Shown here piece by piece: positions 1-9,199 of a stretch of DNA of 64,000 nt. Each line of letters opens with the position of its first letter. Position 1 is the first letter of the stretch. Below the pieces are notes generated by a model, which saw only the letters and a program-made list of their open reading frames with translations, did not search any database and was not told the DNA's origin. This stretch comes from a virus: positions 12,025 to 76,024 of IMG/VR virus record IMGVR_UViG_3300027659_000027; one strand, written 5' to 3'. The position numbers and the translations under genes are program-made.

Positions 1-2
1 GG

Positions 3-515
3 AACTACGAGGTATTTGACAAGGAGAAAGCTGACAAGTTCGCTGTACTGGTACAATATGTACGGGATAACTACAACGAAGTTGAGTATCACGCTCATTC
101 CAAGTACGGAGTTACTCAGGACGCTTACAAGGCGCTCATTCAGCACCTGGATAACGTACAGCAGTTTCAGATTATGGTTGAAGCAGGGGCTTCTTCTGAA
201 GACGTGGCAGCTGTTGCTACACAGATGTTCGGTAACCCTAAAGTACAGGATGCAGCCTTGGCTGTTGACCCTGAGATATGGGCATCGTTCACTGAGCTGA
301 TGGAGTACTCCGGTTCTATCTCACCTCTGTTAAACGAGATTAGGATATTAACCGGTTTACCACAGGCGGACACACTGGATGAGGATGATGACCCGGATGA
401 CGTAGCTGAGGAAACTGACAAGTACCTTCAGTTCGTTGACCGGATCAAGCTCCCTATACCCGCAAAGGTGGAGCAAGAGATACGTGGCTTCCTGCAGTGG
501 AAGGGCGTATCGTAA
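3..515 (+). CDS. RIIA-like protein, C-terminal fragment (5' end outside window)
   Basis: Frame is open from position 3 (NYEVFDKEKADKF...) to TAA at 513-515. The call rests on its position immediately upstream of an rIIB homolog, not on motifs. Confidence 0.55.
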   Translation, partial: NYEVFDKEKADKFAVLVQYVRDNYNEVEYHAHSKYGVTQDAYKALIQHLDNVQQFQIMVEAGASSEDVAAVATQMFGNPKVQDAALAVDPEIWASFTELMEYSGSISPLLNEIRILTGLPQADTLDEDDDPDDVAEETDKYLQFVDRIKLPIPAKVEQEIRGFLQWKGVS

Positions 516-549
516 TGAGCACACAATATTTATCACCAATAAATCGACC

Positions 550-1731
550 ATGAGCATGATCATCGTGAACAGAATCGGAGACACGATCTCCGGATCAGTA
601 AACAGCAAACAATTCGGCGTTACTTACTCTGATGAGAAGTACAAACTGATGAAAGAGCTGGAAGAAAGAGCTAATACTGTTGAGCAGATGGATGAACTAC
701 AAGCCATAGTGGCTGAGTTCATACCACTTACCAAAGAAAGCTACAAAGAGCTGGTAGAAGCAGCAACACCGTACCTGCACGTTAACAAAGCCACCAACAA
801 GTACTATTTGAAGTACAACGACGTGGTATCAAAGAAGGACATCCCGCAGGCTCTGGTGGACAAGATACTTATCTCTGTTGAGAAGGGAATCGACATCACC
901 CCACTGATCAAATGCTGGGTACGTTTCCTTCGTAACCCAAATTTCACCGACCTAAAGGCGAAGAAATTCGCTGAGTACATCACTGCCCCATACCTTAACA
1001 AGGATATGGCAGCTAAGCTGATGAGAGAAAGCGGAGTAAGCCAGGAGTTGGCCGATCAGTTGGCTACAACCAACCAGGTTGCCATCACCATCGAAGGCCT
1101 TTTAGTAGGGTACAAAGCCAGTAAGGAGATCCTTACCCGCTATGACCTGAACGAAGGTCAGGAAGTGGTTACGAAAAGCCGGTACACCAAGAGTGTTGAC
1201 CCTGATACAGGAGCCATCACTTACGCTGAGCCGGAGTTCGTTGAGGACAGGTTATTTGAGCCGGCAGTTGTTGGCCAGAGCCATGATGCCTTCAACTGCG
1301 TGCACAACGGAGTTGACAAACCCGGCCATCACATACGTGTAGGTTGTCTGCATTACCTGCCAAGTTGGGATCAGGTGGACTGCAACGACAATCACAGCTG
1401 TGTTAAAGGGCTTCATTGTGGTGGGCTGAATTACATTCAGGGCTACCAGTCTGAAGGTACTGTTACCCATAACATCTTCATTGACCCATCTGACATTGGC
1501 GCCATCATCGGTACCGGTTATGGCAATGACGGTGCTATGCGTGTACGCAGGTACTTTGTACATTCTTCTTTCGCCGGTGTTAACAAGAACATCTACCACA
1601 GCAGCAAGTTTGCGGCTATGACTGATGGTGAGTATGTTAAGAGCCTGGAGGAAGTGGTGAACAAGTTCCAGACTGCGAAGGCTGACATCGACAGTAAGAT
1701 TGACGAGGCTAACGCCATCGCAACAATATAA
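550..1731 (+). CDS. rIIB: RIIB-like protein
   Basis: Shows 'PLIKCWVRFLRNP', 'ITIEGLLVGYK' and 'VDCNDNHSCVKGLHCGGLNYI...IFIDPSDI', typical of T4 rIIB homologs. Start moved to ATG 550 to avoid overlap with the upstream gene. Confidence 0.8.
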   Translation: MSMIIVNRIGDTISGSVNSKQFGVTYSDEKYKLMKELEERANTVEQMDELQAIVAEFIPLTKESYKELVEAATPYLHVNKATNKYYLKYNDVVSKKDIPQALVDKILISVEKGIDITPLIKCWVRFLRNPNFTDLKAKKFAEYITAPYLNKDMAAKLMRESGVSQELADQLATTNQVAITIEGLLVGYKASKEILTRYDLNEGQEVVTKSRYTKSVDPDTGAITYAEPEFVEDRLFEPAVVGQSHDAFNCVHNGVDKPGHHIRVGCLHYLPSWDQVDCNDNHSCVKGLHCGGLNYIQGYQSEGTVTHNIFIDPSDIGAIIGTGYGNDGAMRVRRYFVHSSFAGVNKNIYHSSKFAAMTDGEYVKSLEEVVNKFQTAKADIDSKIDEANAIATI

Positions 1732-1737
1732 ACCCTA

Positions 1738-1775
1738 ACTGGGGTGACGGTAATGACCGGCCCCAGTTTACTTAA
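1738..1775 (+). terminator. Hairpin or weak terminator after rIIB
   Basis: AACTGGGG...CGGT-AATG-ACCG...CCCCAGTT followed by TACTT. Confidence 0.4.
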
Positions 1776-1785
1776 CCCCTAACCT

Positions 1786-2232
1786 ATGGCTACAATAGCA
1801 CCAGTTGTAAAGAAGACAAACGGAAAACGGAACAGAGCTGCCGGCCACAAGTACGAGACGGATACAGCCAAACTCTTTCGGGAGATAGGCTTTCACCATG
1901 TCGTTACTTCCAGATCCTGTAACAGGGCCAGGGACAACCAGAAAGTGGATCTGTGCAACTCCGACGAGCTTGTACAAGGTAGGCTTCCTTACAACATACA
2001 GAACAAGTGCGAGACCAAACCGGTAGCGTACGGTAAACTGCTGGAAGAGATGCCCAGTGATGGGGCCGCTATGAATGTGGTCTTTCACAGGCAGACAGCT
2101 AAAACCAAAGCCGGCATATTCAAAGTACGTGGAGAGTACGCCATCATGAAGCAGGCAGACTTCATTGCATTGATCCGGGAGCTTGAATCGCTGAGGCCAT
2201 TTGCCGCCCAGCATAAACAACAACGAGCATGA
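1786..2232 (+). CDS. PD-(D/E)XK nuclease, Holliday junction resolvase-like
   Basis: N-terminal 'GKRNRAAGHKYE' helix and 'VDL...IQNK' catalytic pattern, located next to the exonuclease. Confidence 0.7.
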   Translation: MATIAPVVKKTNGKRNRAAGHKYETDTAKLFREIGFHHVVTSRSCNRARDNQKVDLCNSDELVQGRLPYNIQNKCETKPVAYGKLLEEMPSDGAAMNVVFHRQTAKTKAGIFKVRGEYAIMKQADFIALIRELESLRPFAAQHKQQRA

Positions 2233-3065
2233 CAGCACTAATAGATGCAGATAGCATTGTATGGATCATTGCGTACAATTACAGAGACGAAGATGTCATT
2301 GCCGAGAGTGTGGTGAAGGGTAGCTGCGATGATTTCATCAGCTCTATCCTTACGCTAACGCAGGCAGACAGGTACTTGGGAGTATTCTCTTCGAGCATGA
2401 ACTTTCGTCACCTGTTGTATAAGTACCAGCCGTACAAGGGGCACAGACCCCCAAAGCCTGACTTCATAGTTAAGTGGGCTGATATTATCAAGCAGCACTT
2501 TACTGAGAAATGGGGCTTCTACACGAGTCCGAACCTTGAAGCGGATGACATTGTAGTAGCTATCGCTGCGGACAAATCAACCGAACAGTACATCATTTGT
2601 ACACCGGATAAGGACTTGAAGCAAGTGGCCGGCTTGTTCTTCGATTACAAGAAGAACGAAGGTATTGAGGAGCTTACTCCGTTGCAGGCTTGCGTGAATC
2701 TGTGGGCACAGGTACTAACCGGTGACACCACCGATAACATTGCAGGGCTGCCAGGTCTTGGCGCAGTAAAAGTGAACAAGCTATTCGAGGAAGCGGCAAA
2801 GTCCGAGGTCTTGAACGACGTCGTACTGATGCAGGTAGTGAAAGCTCAGTTCCTGAAGTACTATGGCCCCTTCTACGGGGAAGAAATATACGTGCAGACA
2901 TTATGCGCCGTCATGATGATCCAGCCAAATCACCCGCTCTGGAATCAGCACAAGGCTGAGACGCAGAGCATAAAGGAAACCTATGTCAGAAACACACCAG
3001 CCCTTGAAACAGGAGATGAGCTCGTACTCGATCAACTCGGATGGGACTCTCAGTTTGTCGCATGA
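2229..3065 (+). CDS. 5'-3' exonuclease (T7 gp6/T5 FEN-like)
   Basis: 'LIDADS', 'FR...YKGHR', 'LEADD', 'TPDKDLKQ' and the HhH motif 'GDTTDNIAGLPGLG'. Confidence 0.92.
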   Translation: MTALIDADSIVWIIAYNYRDEDVIAESVVKGSCDDFISSILTLTQADRYLGVFSSSMNFRHLLYKYQPYKGHRPPKPDFIVKWADIIKQHFTEKWGFYTSPNLEADDIVVAIAADKSTEQYIICTPDKDLKQVAGLFFDYKKNEGIEELTPLQACVNLWAQVLTGDTTDNIAGLPGLGAVKVNKLFEEAAKSEVLNDVVLMQVVKAQFLKYYGPFYGEEIYVQTLCAVMMIQPNHPLWNQHKAETQSIKETYVRNTPALETGDELVLDQLGWDSQFVA

Positions 3066-3084
3066 GGATCAGTACATTTGTAAT

Positions 3085-3633
3085 ATGGGTAAAGAGGAAC
3101 TAATAGCAGAACTGCACAGAGAGAACCTCTGTACGTACTTTGTTCTACCGTTGCTTAAACTCAACAAGAGCAGGTTCGTTGACGATTCCAATTTCATCGA
3201 CAGCTATATTAACGCTGCAGGTAGTAGTATCTACGTAAAAGTGAATGACCTCACTTTCTTCGAGCACAGAATGGTAATGCACCCGCAATACCAGGCTAAG
3301 TGGGAAGATAATGAAGGCTTTCAGTACGTAGAGTACAGCATCCCTTTCAATTGGCAGAAGGATATGGCCTTATTCATCAAGGGTAAGTACAGTTCTATGT
3401 CAGAGGAGGCGAAAATTATGATACGTACTAACTCCGGTTTGCAGTTCAGGGAACGCCGGAAGTCAGACAACATGATTATCACTGATGTACGACTACTTGC
3501 ACTTGACTTAAGTGCAGCTGTTAGAGAGATGTGGGAAGACCACTATGGCATGACGTTACGTAATGACCAGGAGTTACTGTCTGTCCCATTGGAGAGATCG
3601 TTCATAGAAAGTATACCACTCAACAGAGTGTAA
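3085..3633 (+). CDS. Hypothetical protein
   Basis: Open frame with phage-like codon use that ends just before the terminator. Start set at ATG 3085 to avoid overlap. Confidence 0.7.
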   Translation: MGKEELIAELHRENLCTYFVLPLLKLNKSRFVDDSNFIDSYINAAGSSIYVKVNDLTFFEHRMVMHPQYQAKWEDNEGFQYVEYSIPFNWQKDMALFIKGKYSSMSEEAKIMIRTNSGLQFRERRKSDNMIITDVRLLALDLSAAVREMWEDHYGMTLRNDQELLSVPLERSFIESIPLNRV

Positions 3634-3646
3634 ATGCAACGCATAC

Positions 3647-3686
3647 AAAAAGGGTAAGTAGCTTCGGCTGCTTACCCTTTTTTTTT
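3647..3686. terminator. Bidirectional intrinsic terminator at the convergence of + and - blocks
   Basis: AAAAAGGGTAAGTAGC-TTCG-GCTGCTTACCC-T9 hairpin with A and T tracts, between convergent genes. Confidence 0.9.
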
Positions 3687-3699
3687 CTGCCCTCTCATC

Positions 3700-4689
3700 T
3701 TACCACTGATAGGCCCACTTCTTGTAGTAGCCCTTATCCTGGAATGAGATCCACTCCTGTTTAAAGCGTATCACTTTACCGTTAGTGTCCACGGTGAACT
3801 CTATTATCCACCCACCAATGTGAGCTGCAAGTCTTTTCTTACGCATGAATGGCGTCTGGTCTTCTGTACACCCGGTCTGAACTACGTGTACCCCACGGAT
3901 GAAGTTGTAGCTGGACTTGTGGTAGTGCCCGTTAAACAGGATGTCCGGTACTTCAGCTTCCGTGTAACTCTCCACGATCTTCTGCGAAGTGTACGATATA
4001 GCGTACGAAGAACCGCCACCCGGATGCAACACCCTGATTGTGGTTTTACCATTGGGTGCCTTAATCTCTACGTCCGCTTCCATGTGCCCTAAGTACTTAA
4101 GGTCATTACGGCCGGCAGCAATTGCCTTGTACTCTGCATACTTCCCGATGTCCACTCCTTCCCTCTGTGTGTACCAGCCCTCGTGGTCATCACCTGTAAT
4201 GTAACTGGTGGTGATGCCCTCGCGTTGCGGGTAGTTCTTCACAAAGTAGTCGATCTGGTTATCCATGCCGTGTACAAGCAGGTCATGCTTATTGAACCTG
4301 GCCTCGCCATCAATCCAGTTACCGGTGTTGAACACCTGAGTGATACCCTCTTTCTCAAACACATCGTACAAGGCGTTAAGTACATCCATGCGCTCGTACC
4401 TGCTGCAAAGATGGTTGTCGCCAGTTGCCCCTATCTTGTAGGTACCGGCAGCCATACTATCCAGATTGATCTTGTGTACCGACTTGGGTATGAGATTGGA
4501 GTAGATAACCATAGTGCCTTGTATTGTGTACGTATGCCCAAGAGCTATACGATCCTTAATTAGCTGGCGTGCTTCACGTACAGGAAGACCCAGCTCTACA
4601 GCCAGGTCTTTAGTGGTGTACACATCTCGCTTTGTGAACAGTTTTTTCAACTGTGTCGTAATCTCCTGTTCTTTGCTGATGTTAGTCAT
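3700..4689 (-). CDS. Calcineurin-like metallophosphoesterase with N-terminal HTH
   Basis: GDNH, GNWIDG, GDDHE, HPGGG and GHYH motifs, with an N-terminal 'YTTKDLAVELGLPVREARQLI' HTH. Confidence 0.85.
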   Translation of the reverse strand: MTNISKEQEITTQLKKLFTKRDVYTTKDLAVELGLPVREARQLIKDRIALGHTYTIQGTMVIYSNLIPKSVHKINLDSMAAGTYKIGATGDNHLCSRYERMDVLNALYDVFEKEGITQVFNTGNWIDGEARFNKHDLLVHGMDNQIDYFVKNYPQREGITTSYITGDDHEGWYTQREGVDIGKYAEYKAIAAGRNDLKYLGHMEADVEIKAPNGKTTIRVLHPGGGSSYAISYTSQKIVESYTEAEVPDILFNGHYHKSSYNFIRGVHVVQTGCTEDQTPFMRKKRLAAHIGGWIIEFTVDTNGKVIRFKQEWISFQDKGYYKKWAYQW

Positions 4690-4710
4690 AAGGGATATTG
4701 GGGTTAGTGA

Positions 4711-5391
4711 TTATTTCTGTTTGCCTATTCTCAAGCCTATAAGCTTGTACGTTATGCTCACGCCGGGTATCAGCTTCCACCCGGACATCGTGTACCCGTA
4801 GGTTAGTGATGGGCCGATGATTACGTTGGGCTGGTACCTCTTAACCCTAAAGGCTTCGATGTACTTAACCTTTGTGGCTGTGTCGTAGCTTACTACGTCT
4901 ATAACCGGAGTTCTTTTTAGCCAACCTGACCTCTTTAAGTACTCGGTTATTGTCAAACTGTCGTACACTGGTATGTACACATTCTTTGTTACTACTACAA
5001 GAGAGTCCCGGCCAGGTAGCCGAAGTGTGTCAGTCTTTGCGTACAAAGCAATGAGGCTGTCAAGGTTAAGGCTTTTAGTGGTCTTGAAGGTGGTAACACT
5101 CTGTATCTTACTCACCGGTACTCCAAGCTCCTTGACCTTTGTCAGAAGCAGGTTGGTGTACACAGTTTTTATAGTGTTGAGGTCGGTTTCCATTAACCGC
5201 ACCTGTGCATGTACGTTATTGTATCTGTCCCGATAGTAGCTTGTACTGTCTTTGTAGGTGGTAACGGTTGTCTGCTCGCTTGTACTGGTTAGTCTTTTGC
5301 AGCTCCTTATTTGTAGGTAAACTAATAAAGCTACAGCGACTACCAGTGGGATTCGTATGTAGCTCCATACTGTGTCTAACATTTTGGGCAT
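4711..5391 (-). CDS. Spanin-like membrane protein
   Basis: N-terminal hydrophobic helix ending in IRSC, a coiled-coil segment and a C-terminal amphipathic beta-hairpin. Directly downstream of the endolysin candidate; start set at ATG 5391. Confidence 0.5.
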   Translation of the reverse strand: MPKMLDTVWSYIRIPLVVAVALLVYLQIRSCKRLTSTSEQTTVTTYKDSTSYYRDRYNNVHAQVRLMETDLNTIKTVYTNLLLTKVKELGVPVSKIQSVTTFKTTKSLNLDSLIALYAKTDTLRLPGRDSLVVVTKNVYIPVYDSLTITEYLKRSGWLKRTPVIDVVSYDTATKVKYIEAFRVKRYQPNVIIGPSLTYGYTMSGWKLIPGVSITYKLIGLRIGKQK

Positions 5392-5395
5392 AGTG

Positions 5396-5839
5396 TTATG
5401 GTTTAGAGTCAATAATAGTGAGGTACACCTTGCCAGTTTTCTGGAAGGCATCAATCTTAATGCACAGGTCGTTCATTGCAGAGGGGTCTCTGGTGAGCCT
5501 CTTATTGCCGTCAGTTTGATAGCTGATTATGGGACAGCCAGCGCTTGACCTGGCTGTAGTTCCGTTGTGTATACGTATACCCTCAAAGTCAGGTACATTG
5601 AACACACCGGTAAGCCTGCGATTGAACCGGTTAGACCAGGTAACCAGCACAGGGTACCTGCCATAAGGTATCGCTGTTTCAGCGTACACCTTCAACAGTT
5701 TGTTCCAGAGTCCTGCTTTAGCTCTGACTTTGTCCTCAATGACGTGACAGAACCAATTTCCTCCTACGTAGAGGTTACCTTCTGTACAGTCTTCGTGTTT
5801 GAACTTGCGCTCCAGTACGATCTCCAATACGTTGTTCAT
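5396..5839 (-). CDS. DUF5675-family (L,D-transpeptidase-like) putative endolysin
   Basis: 'TEGNLYVGGNWFCHVIED', 'ETAIPYGRY' and 'VPDFEGIRIHNGT...SAGC' (His/Cys dyad). Confidence 0.8.
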   Translation of the reverse strand: MNNVLEIVLERKFKHEDCTEGNLYVGGNWFCHVIEDKVRAKAGLWNKLLKVYAETAIPYGRYPVLVTWSNRFNRRLTGVFNVPDFEGIRIHNGTTARSSAGCPIISYQTDGNKRLTRDPSAMNDLCIKIDAFQKTGKVYLTIIDSKP

Positions 5840-5858
5840 AGTAGTAGGGTTGAAACGG

Positions 5859-6113
5859 TTACCACTTCCCTAATGGGCACCTCTTTGCGGGGCTCGCTGC
5901 GGCAGCGGCAAGTGGGCATTGACAGTGTCCACATTTGTATATGGAACCTGCCTTGTTTATGCTGTGGATTATAGCTATTCCTGTCGGGGACAACTGCTCT
6001 TTGTACTCGCACCCGTCACAGATTTCGAGCCTTTCTTTTATCATAGGCTTGAAACTGTCAGGAGCAGTTACGAACAAGTACCAGCCAGTAGCTATCTCTG
6101 TAAGCTTACTCAT
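5859..6113 (-). CDS. Small Cys-rich (metal-binding) phage protein
   Basis: 'RLEICDGC...CGHCQC...CPLGKW' pattern. Confidence 0.7.
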   Translation of the reverse strand: MSKLTEIATGWYLFVTAPDSFKPMIKERLEICDGCEYKEQLSPTGIAIIHSINKAGSIYKCGHCQCPLAAAAASPAKRCPLGKW

Positions 6114-7408
6114 TACAGTGGTGGTGTTTTAGTGAAGAAAGTAGTGGCTACCTCAATTACAAATAAGGCTTCAAAATCCAATGTGGATGTCGGGAATACG
6201 AAGTCCGCTACGTCTATGAACGCCGTTACGTATATCTTGCCGTCCGGTGCTATCCTCAGGTTACATTTGTCGATCTTCTGTGTACCTATTATCAGACTTG
6301 AGCCGTATGTCTTTAGTGTACCATCAGCGTATGTAGTAGTCAGCGGTATCTGCACTGTAGTGCTCGGGAAGTATCCAACCGGCATTGTACCTATCTGTTT
6401 GTTGACCAGGTACGGTAATGGAACAGTAAGAGAGGTTAACGGGGTCAGGTCATCGAATAGGATGTACGCTGCCAGATGCAGGCTGACCATGTTACCACCA
6501 AGTGCGTCAGAGATTGCTGCTACCTCGTTTATGGGCTCGTTGTTTACAGCGTCCCTGGCTACGGCAAAGGCTCCTTCCATTGTTACTGTATCGGTTGGGA
6601 ATGTGGGAAAAGCTATTGATCCCGGTTCCCATTTAGCTGTACCAGTGTTGTATATTAAGGTTGAGCCATTAGCTGCAGCGTCCGCTGTTGGGGCTACATT
6701 AAGTAGCTCTCCTATTGAAGGCATATCGAATACACCACCAGCGCTTATCGTTTGTAAGGAAACAGAGATCACACGCCCGTACTTGTCAAGGGTTATCCTT
6801 GGTACTTGTGTGCTTGAGCCATAAGTACCAACCAAGGCATCATCAACAGTGGCCAAGTCAAAGGTTGAAGGCCCTGCTACACCGTCTCCGTTTGTTACTA
6901 TGATACGACCTGCAGACCCTGCCACAGACTTAAGAGCCCATGTGTTTGTTGCTGTACGTATAAGATAACCTGTACCTACTAAAGCTTCAATAGCTGTGAG
7001 GTCTGGGCCAATACTTCCTGCGTCTGGTAAATCTTCTAAACTTATAGCAGTTACGTGCCCGGTTTCATTTACAGTAACAACCATAAACTTCCCTTCAGTA
7101 CTGTAAGACCCGGCTGCAATTCCACTTACTGCGTGGGATATTGCACCTGTAAGTCCGTTAAAATTTATTGGTGTAGTTCCACTTAAAGCTGCTCTGACTC
7201 TTGCAGGAGTAGAGTATGGGTTTGTTACTGAGTCTGCAACGTCGTCAGTAGTAAGTACTACTACTCCTTTCTTGCCATTTACGGACTCAACACAACAACC
7301 CCCTGGGTCAATGGGTTCTGCTGACAAAGTAGACGATTGACTAAGTCCTCCAGTGGTACAGTTGTCTGCGTTCTCTTGTATTCCGAGGGGGTTATTATTG
7401 TTGGGCAT
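6113..7408 (-). CDS. Tail fibre or tail-associated structural protein
   Basis: 'VESVNGKKGVVVL' and two 'GxY...VTVx.xG(H/R)V..' fibre-type repeats, Gly/Thr-rich. Confidence 0.6.
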   Translation of the reverse strand: MPNNNNPLGIQENADNCTTGGLSQSSTLSAEPIDPGGCCVESVNGKKGVVVLTTDDVADSVTNPYSTPARVRAALSGTTPINFNGLTGAISHAVSGIAAGSYSTEGKFMVVTVNETGHVTAISLEDLPDAGSIGPDLTAIEALVGTGYLIRTATNTWALKSVAGSAGRIIVTNGDGVAGPSTFDLATVDDALVGTYGSSTQVPRITLDKYGRVISVSLQTISAGGVFDMPSIGELLNVAPTADAAANGSTLIYNTGTAKWEPGSIAFPTFPTDTVTMEGAFAVARDAVNNEPINEVAAISDALGGNMVSLHLAAYILFDDLTPLTSLTVPLPYLVNKQIGTMPVGYFPSTTVQIPLTTTYADGTLKTYGSSLIIGTQKIDKCNLRIAPDGKIYVTAFIDVADFVFPTSTLDFEALFVIEVATTFFTKTPPL

Positions 7409-7441
7409 GGTTCATAGGGTTTAAAGGATAAAAGACGGGTG

Positions 7442-7705
7442 TTACTTTGCAGAGCTGATTATAGTCTCTGCTTTAATGCGGCCATACAAAGCCCATAAAG
7501 AGCCGATGCTGCTTAGTACAATACCAAGGATAGCTGGAAAGCTTCCGTTAGCGGCTTTAATTTGTGCTATTACAGCCTGTACCTGAGCTACATCTGCGTT
7601 AGCGGGAATTTCAACACCCGTGTTAATGCCGAAGTACAGACAAGCTGCTCCGATAACACTGATGAGGATTCCTCCGATTGTCTTAGACTGATACCATTTT
7701 TTCAT
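7442..7705 (-). CDS. Holin-like membrane protein
   Basis: 'MKKWYQSKTI' start, two hydrophobic helices and a C-terminal 'YGRIKA'. Confidence 0.6.
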   Translation of the reverse strand: MKKWYQSKTIGGILISVIGAACLYFGINTGVEIPANADVAQVQAVIAQIKAANGSFPAILGIVLSSIGSLWALYGRIKAETIISSAK

Positions 7706-7719
7706 AGTATATAGGGGTT

Positions 7720-8043
7720 TTAATGACGTTGTTTAACGAGCAGCTCTTTCACCTCCTCGAGTATCTCCAGGCACTTTACATTTATCTCCATACTACGCCT
7801 GTACTCCCCGGTGATGAACTCTACATGCTTTTCTTGTTGCTTCTCTTGCTCTAACTGCTGGGCATCTACTTTTGCGTTTAGCCCGGATATTAATAGCTTT
7901 GTTTCGCTGTTTGACTCAGACCTCTGTTTTTCCATATAATAGATCACGCCAAGTAGTATTACTGCAATTAAGCCCAACAAACCGTAGTCTAATAACTTCG
8001 TAGTAGCTGTAACTGCAGGGGTTGGCACTTGTAAGTAAATCAT
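7720..8043 (-). CDS. Holin/antiholin-like protein (one TM plus coiled coil)
   Basis: 'YGLLGLIAVILLGVIYYM' TM helix followed by a charged coiled coil. Confidence 0.5.
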   Translation of the reverse strand: MIYLQVPTPAVTATTKLLDYGLLGLIAVILLGVIYYMEKQRSESNSETKLLISGLNAKVDAQQLEQEKQQEKHVEFITGEYRRSMEINVKCLEILEEVKELLVKQRH

Positions 8044-8069
8044 AGTTGTGTGAGTTTAATGGTTACTAA

Positions 8070-8501
8070 TTAGTTCGCTGATCTTCTCAACCTTGTCCGG
8101 CCAAAAATTCGCATTGATTGAAATGTTGATTGGTCTGCCGTGTCAAAGTCATCAAGTTTTGCAGTTAAATAAGGCTGATTAACTGCTCGTAATATATCAG
8201 CAACCCTTTTATAACATAATGCTTTTAAAGCAGTTGCGTCATTACTCAAACGCATTATAACAGTTACAAAGTCAGATGTATAACCAGTAATAGATACAGT
8301 AGTAGTACCTGTGGGCGGGTTAGCCACTCTGAATTTAACTTTCAGAGAATCGTACAAATCCTCGGTGCTGTTGTCATTAAAGATGAATGAGCCGATGTAC
8401 TCCAAATCTCTTGCTTGTACATTGACGCTTACTTTAACTGAGTCCTGTGCTGATAGCCCAAGACTTAACATAATCAATAGAACTGTGATTGCTTTTTTCA
8501 T
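8070..8501 (-). CDS. Exported hypothetical protein (Sec signal peptide)
   Basis: MKKAITVLLIMLSLGLSA|QDSV. Confidence 0.75.
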   Translation of the reverse strand: MKKAITVLLIMLSLGLSAQDSVKVSVNVQARDLEYIGSFIFNDNSTEDLYDSLKVKFRVANPPTGTTTVSITGYTSDFVTVIMRLSNDATALKALCYKRVADILRAVNQPYLTAKLDDFDTADQSTFQSMRIFGRTRLRRSAN

Positions 8502-8521
8502 CTGTTTGTGTTTTATGGTTA

Positions 8522-9193
8522 TTAAAATGAGACTCCTTTGTAAAATGTCAAGTTCCCCGAGAATGTAATAACCGGGTTGTTGGCTGTTGTACTTGCTGCT
8601 GCCGTTATATCCGTTGCACTGCTTGTGCCAAAAGATATAGTTCCGTTCCTTGCTGTTGTACCTGCTGTTCTTCCTATACCTATTTCAATACATAACCTAT
8701 CACCGTTGGCACAAGTGTAAGATGTAAGTGCTGCTGCGTTTAAAATTTGATAACTTGTAAGCGTGGTAGTTAAGTTACTTGCACCTGCTGTTAATGCTCT
8801 AAGCGTTGCCACTACCGCACCTGTCCTGCTTATTACTGTTATCTTAACCCTGCTTTGCACTGTTGCGCCTGTTGCGTTGGCTATACTCATACGGGCATAG
8901 CCAGTAACTGTACCCGATATGGTTTGAGCCTCTAATGCAGGCGAAATAAACTGACCAAAACAAGTCGTTGCTGTTGCACTTGTAGCATCAACAGCAAGCG
9001 TTGTACTTCCAACAGTTGTTGATTGCTTAAAACCTGTTGCATAAGTAGGCTCAAATATCGCACTCGCTGTATTAGTCCATGTACTAAATGTGCCTATCTG
9101 ACCATACGGTGTACCTGATGATTCAAACCGCATAATAGTTTGAGCCTGTACATAGCAGGGCAGTAATAGTAATATCGTTATAAGTTTATTCAT
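8522..9193 (-). CDS. Exported Thr/Ala-rich beta-sandwich-like protein (Sec signal peptide)
   Basis: MNKLITILLLLPCYVQA|QTIM, with alternating beta-strand patterns. Confidence 0.75.
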   Translation of the reverse strand: MNKLITILLLLPCYVQAQTIMRFESSGTPYGQIGTFSTWTNTASAIFEPTYATGFKQSTTVGSTTLAVDATSATATTCFGQFISPALEAQTISGTVTGYARMSIANATGATVQSRVKITVISRTGAVVATLRALTAGASNLTTTLTSYQILNAAALTSYTCANGDRLCIEIGIGRTAGTTARNGTISFGTSSATDITAAASTTANNPVITFSGNLTFYKGVSF

Positions 9194-9199
9194 AATTGA

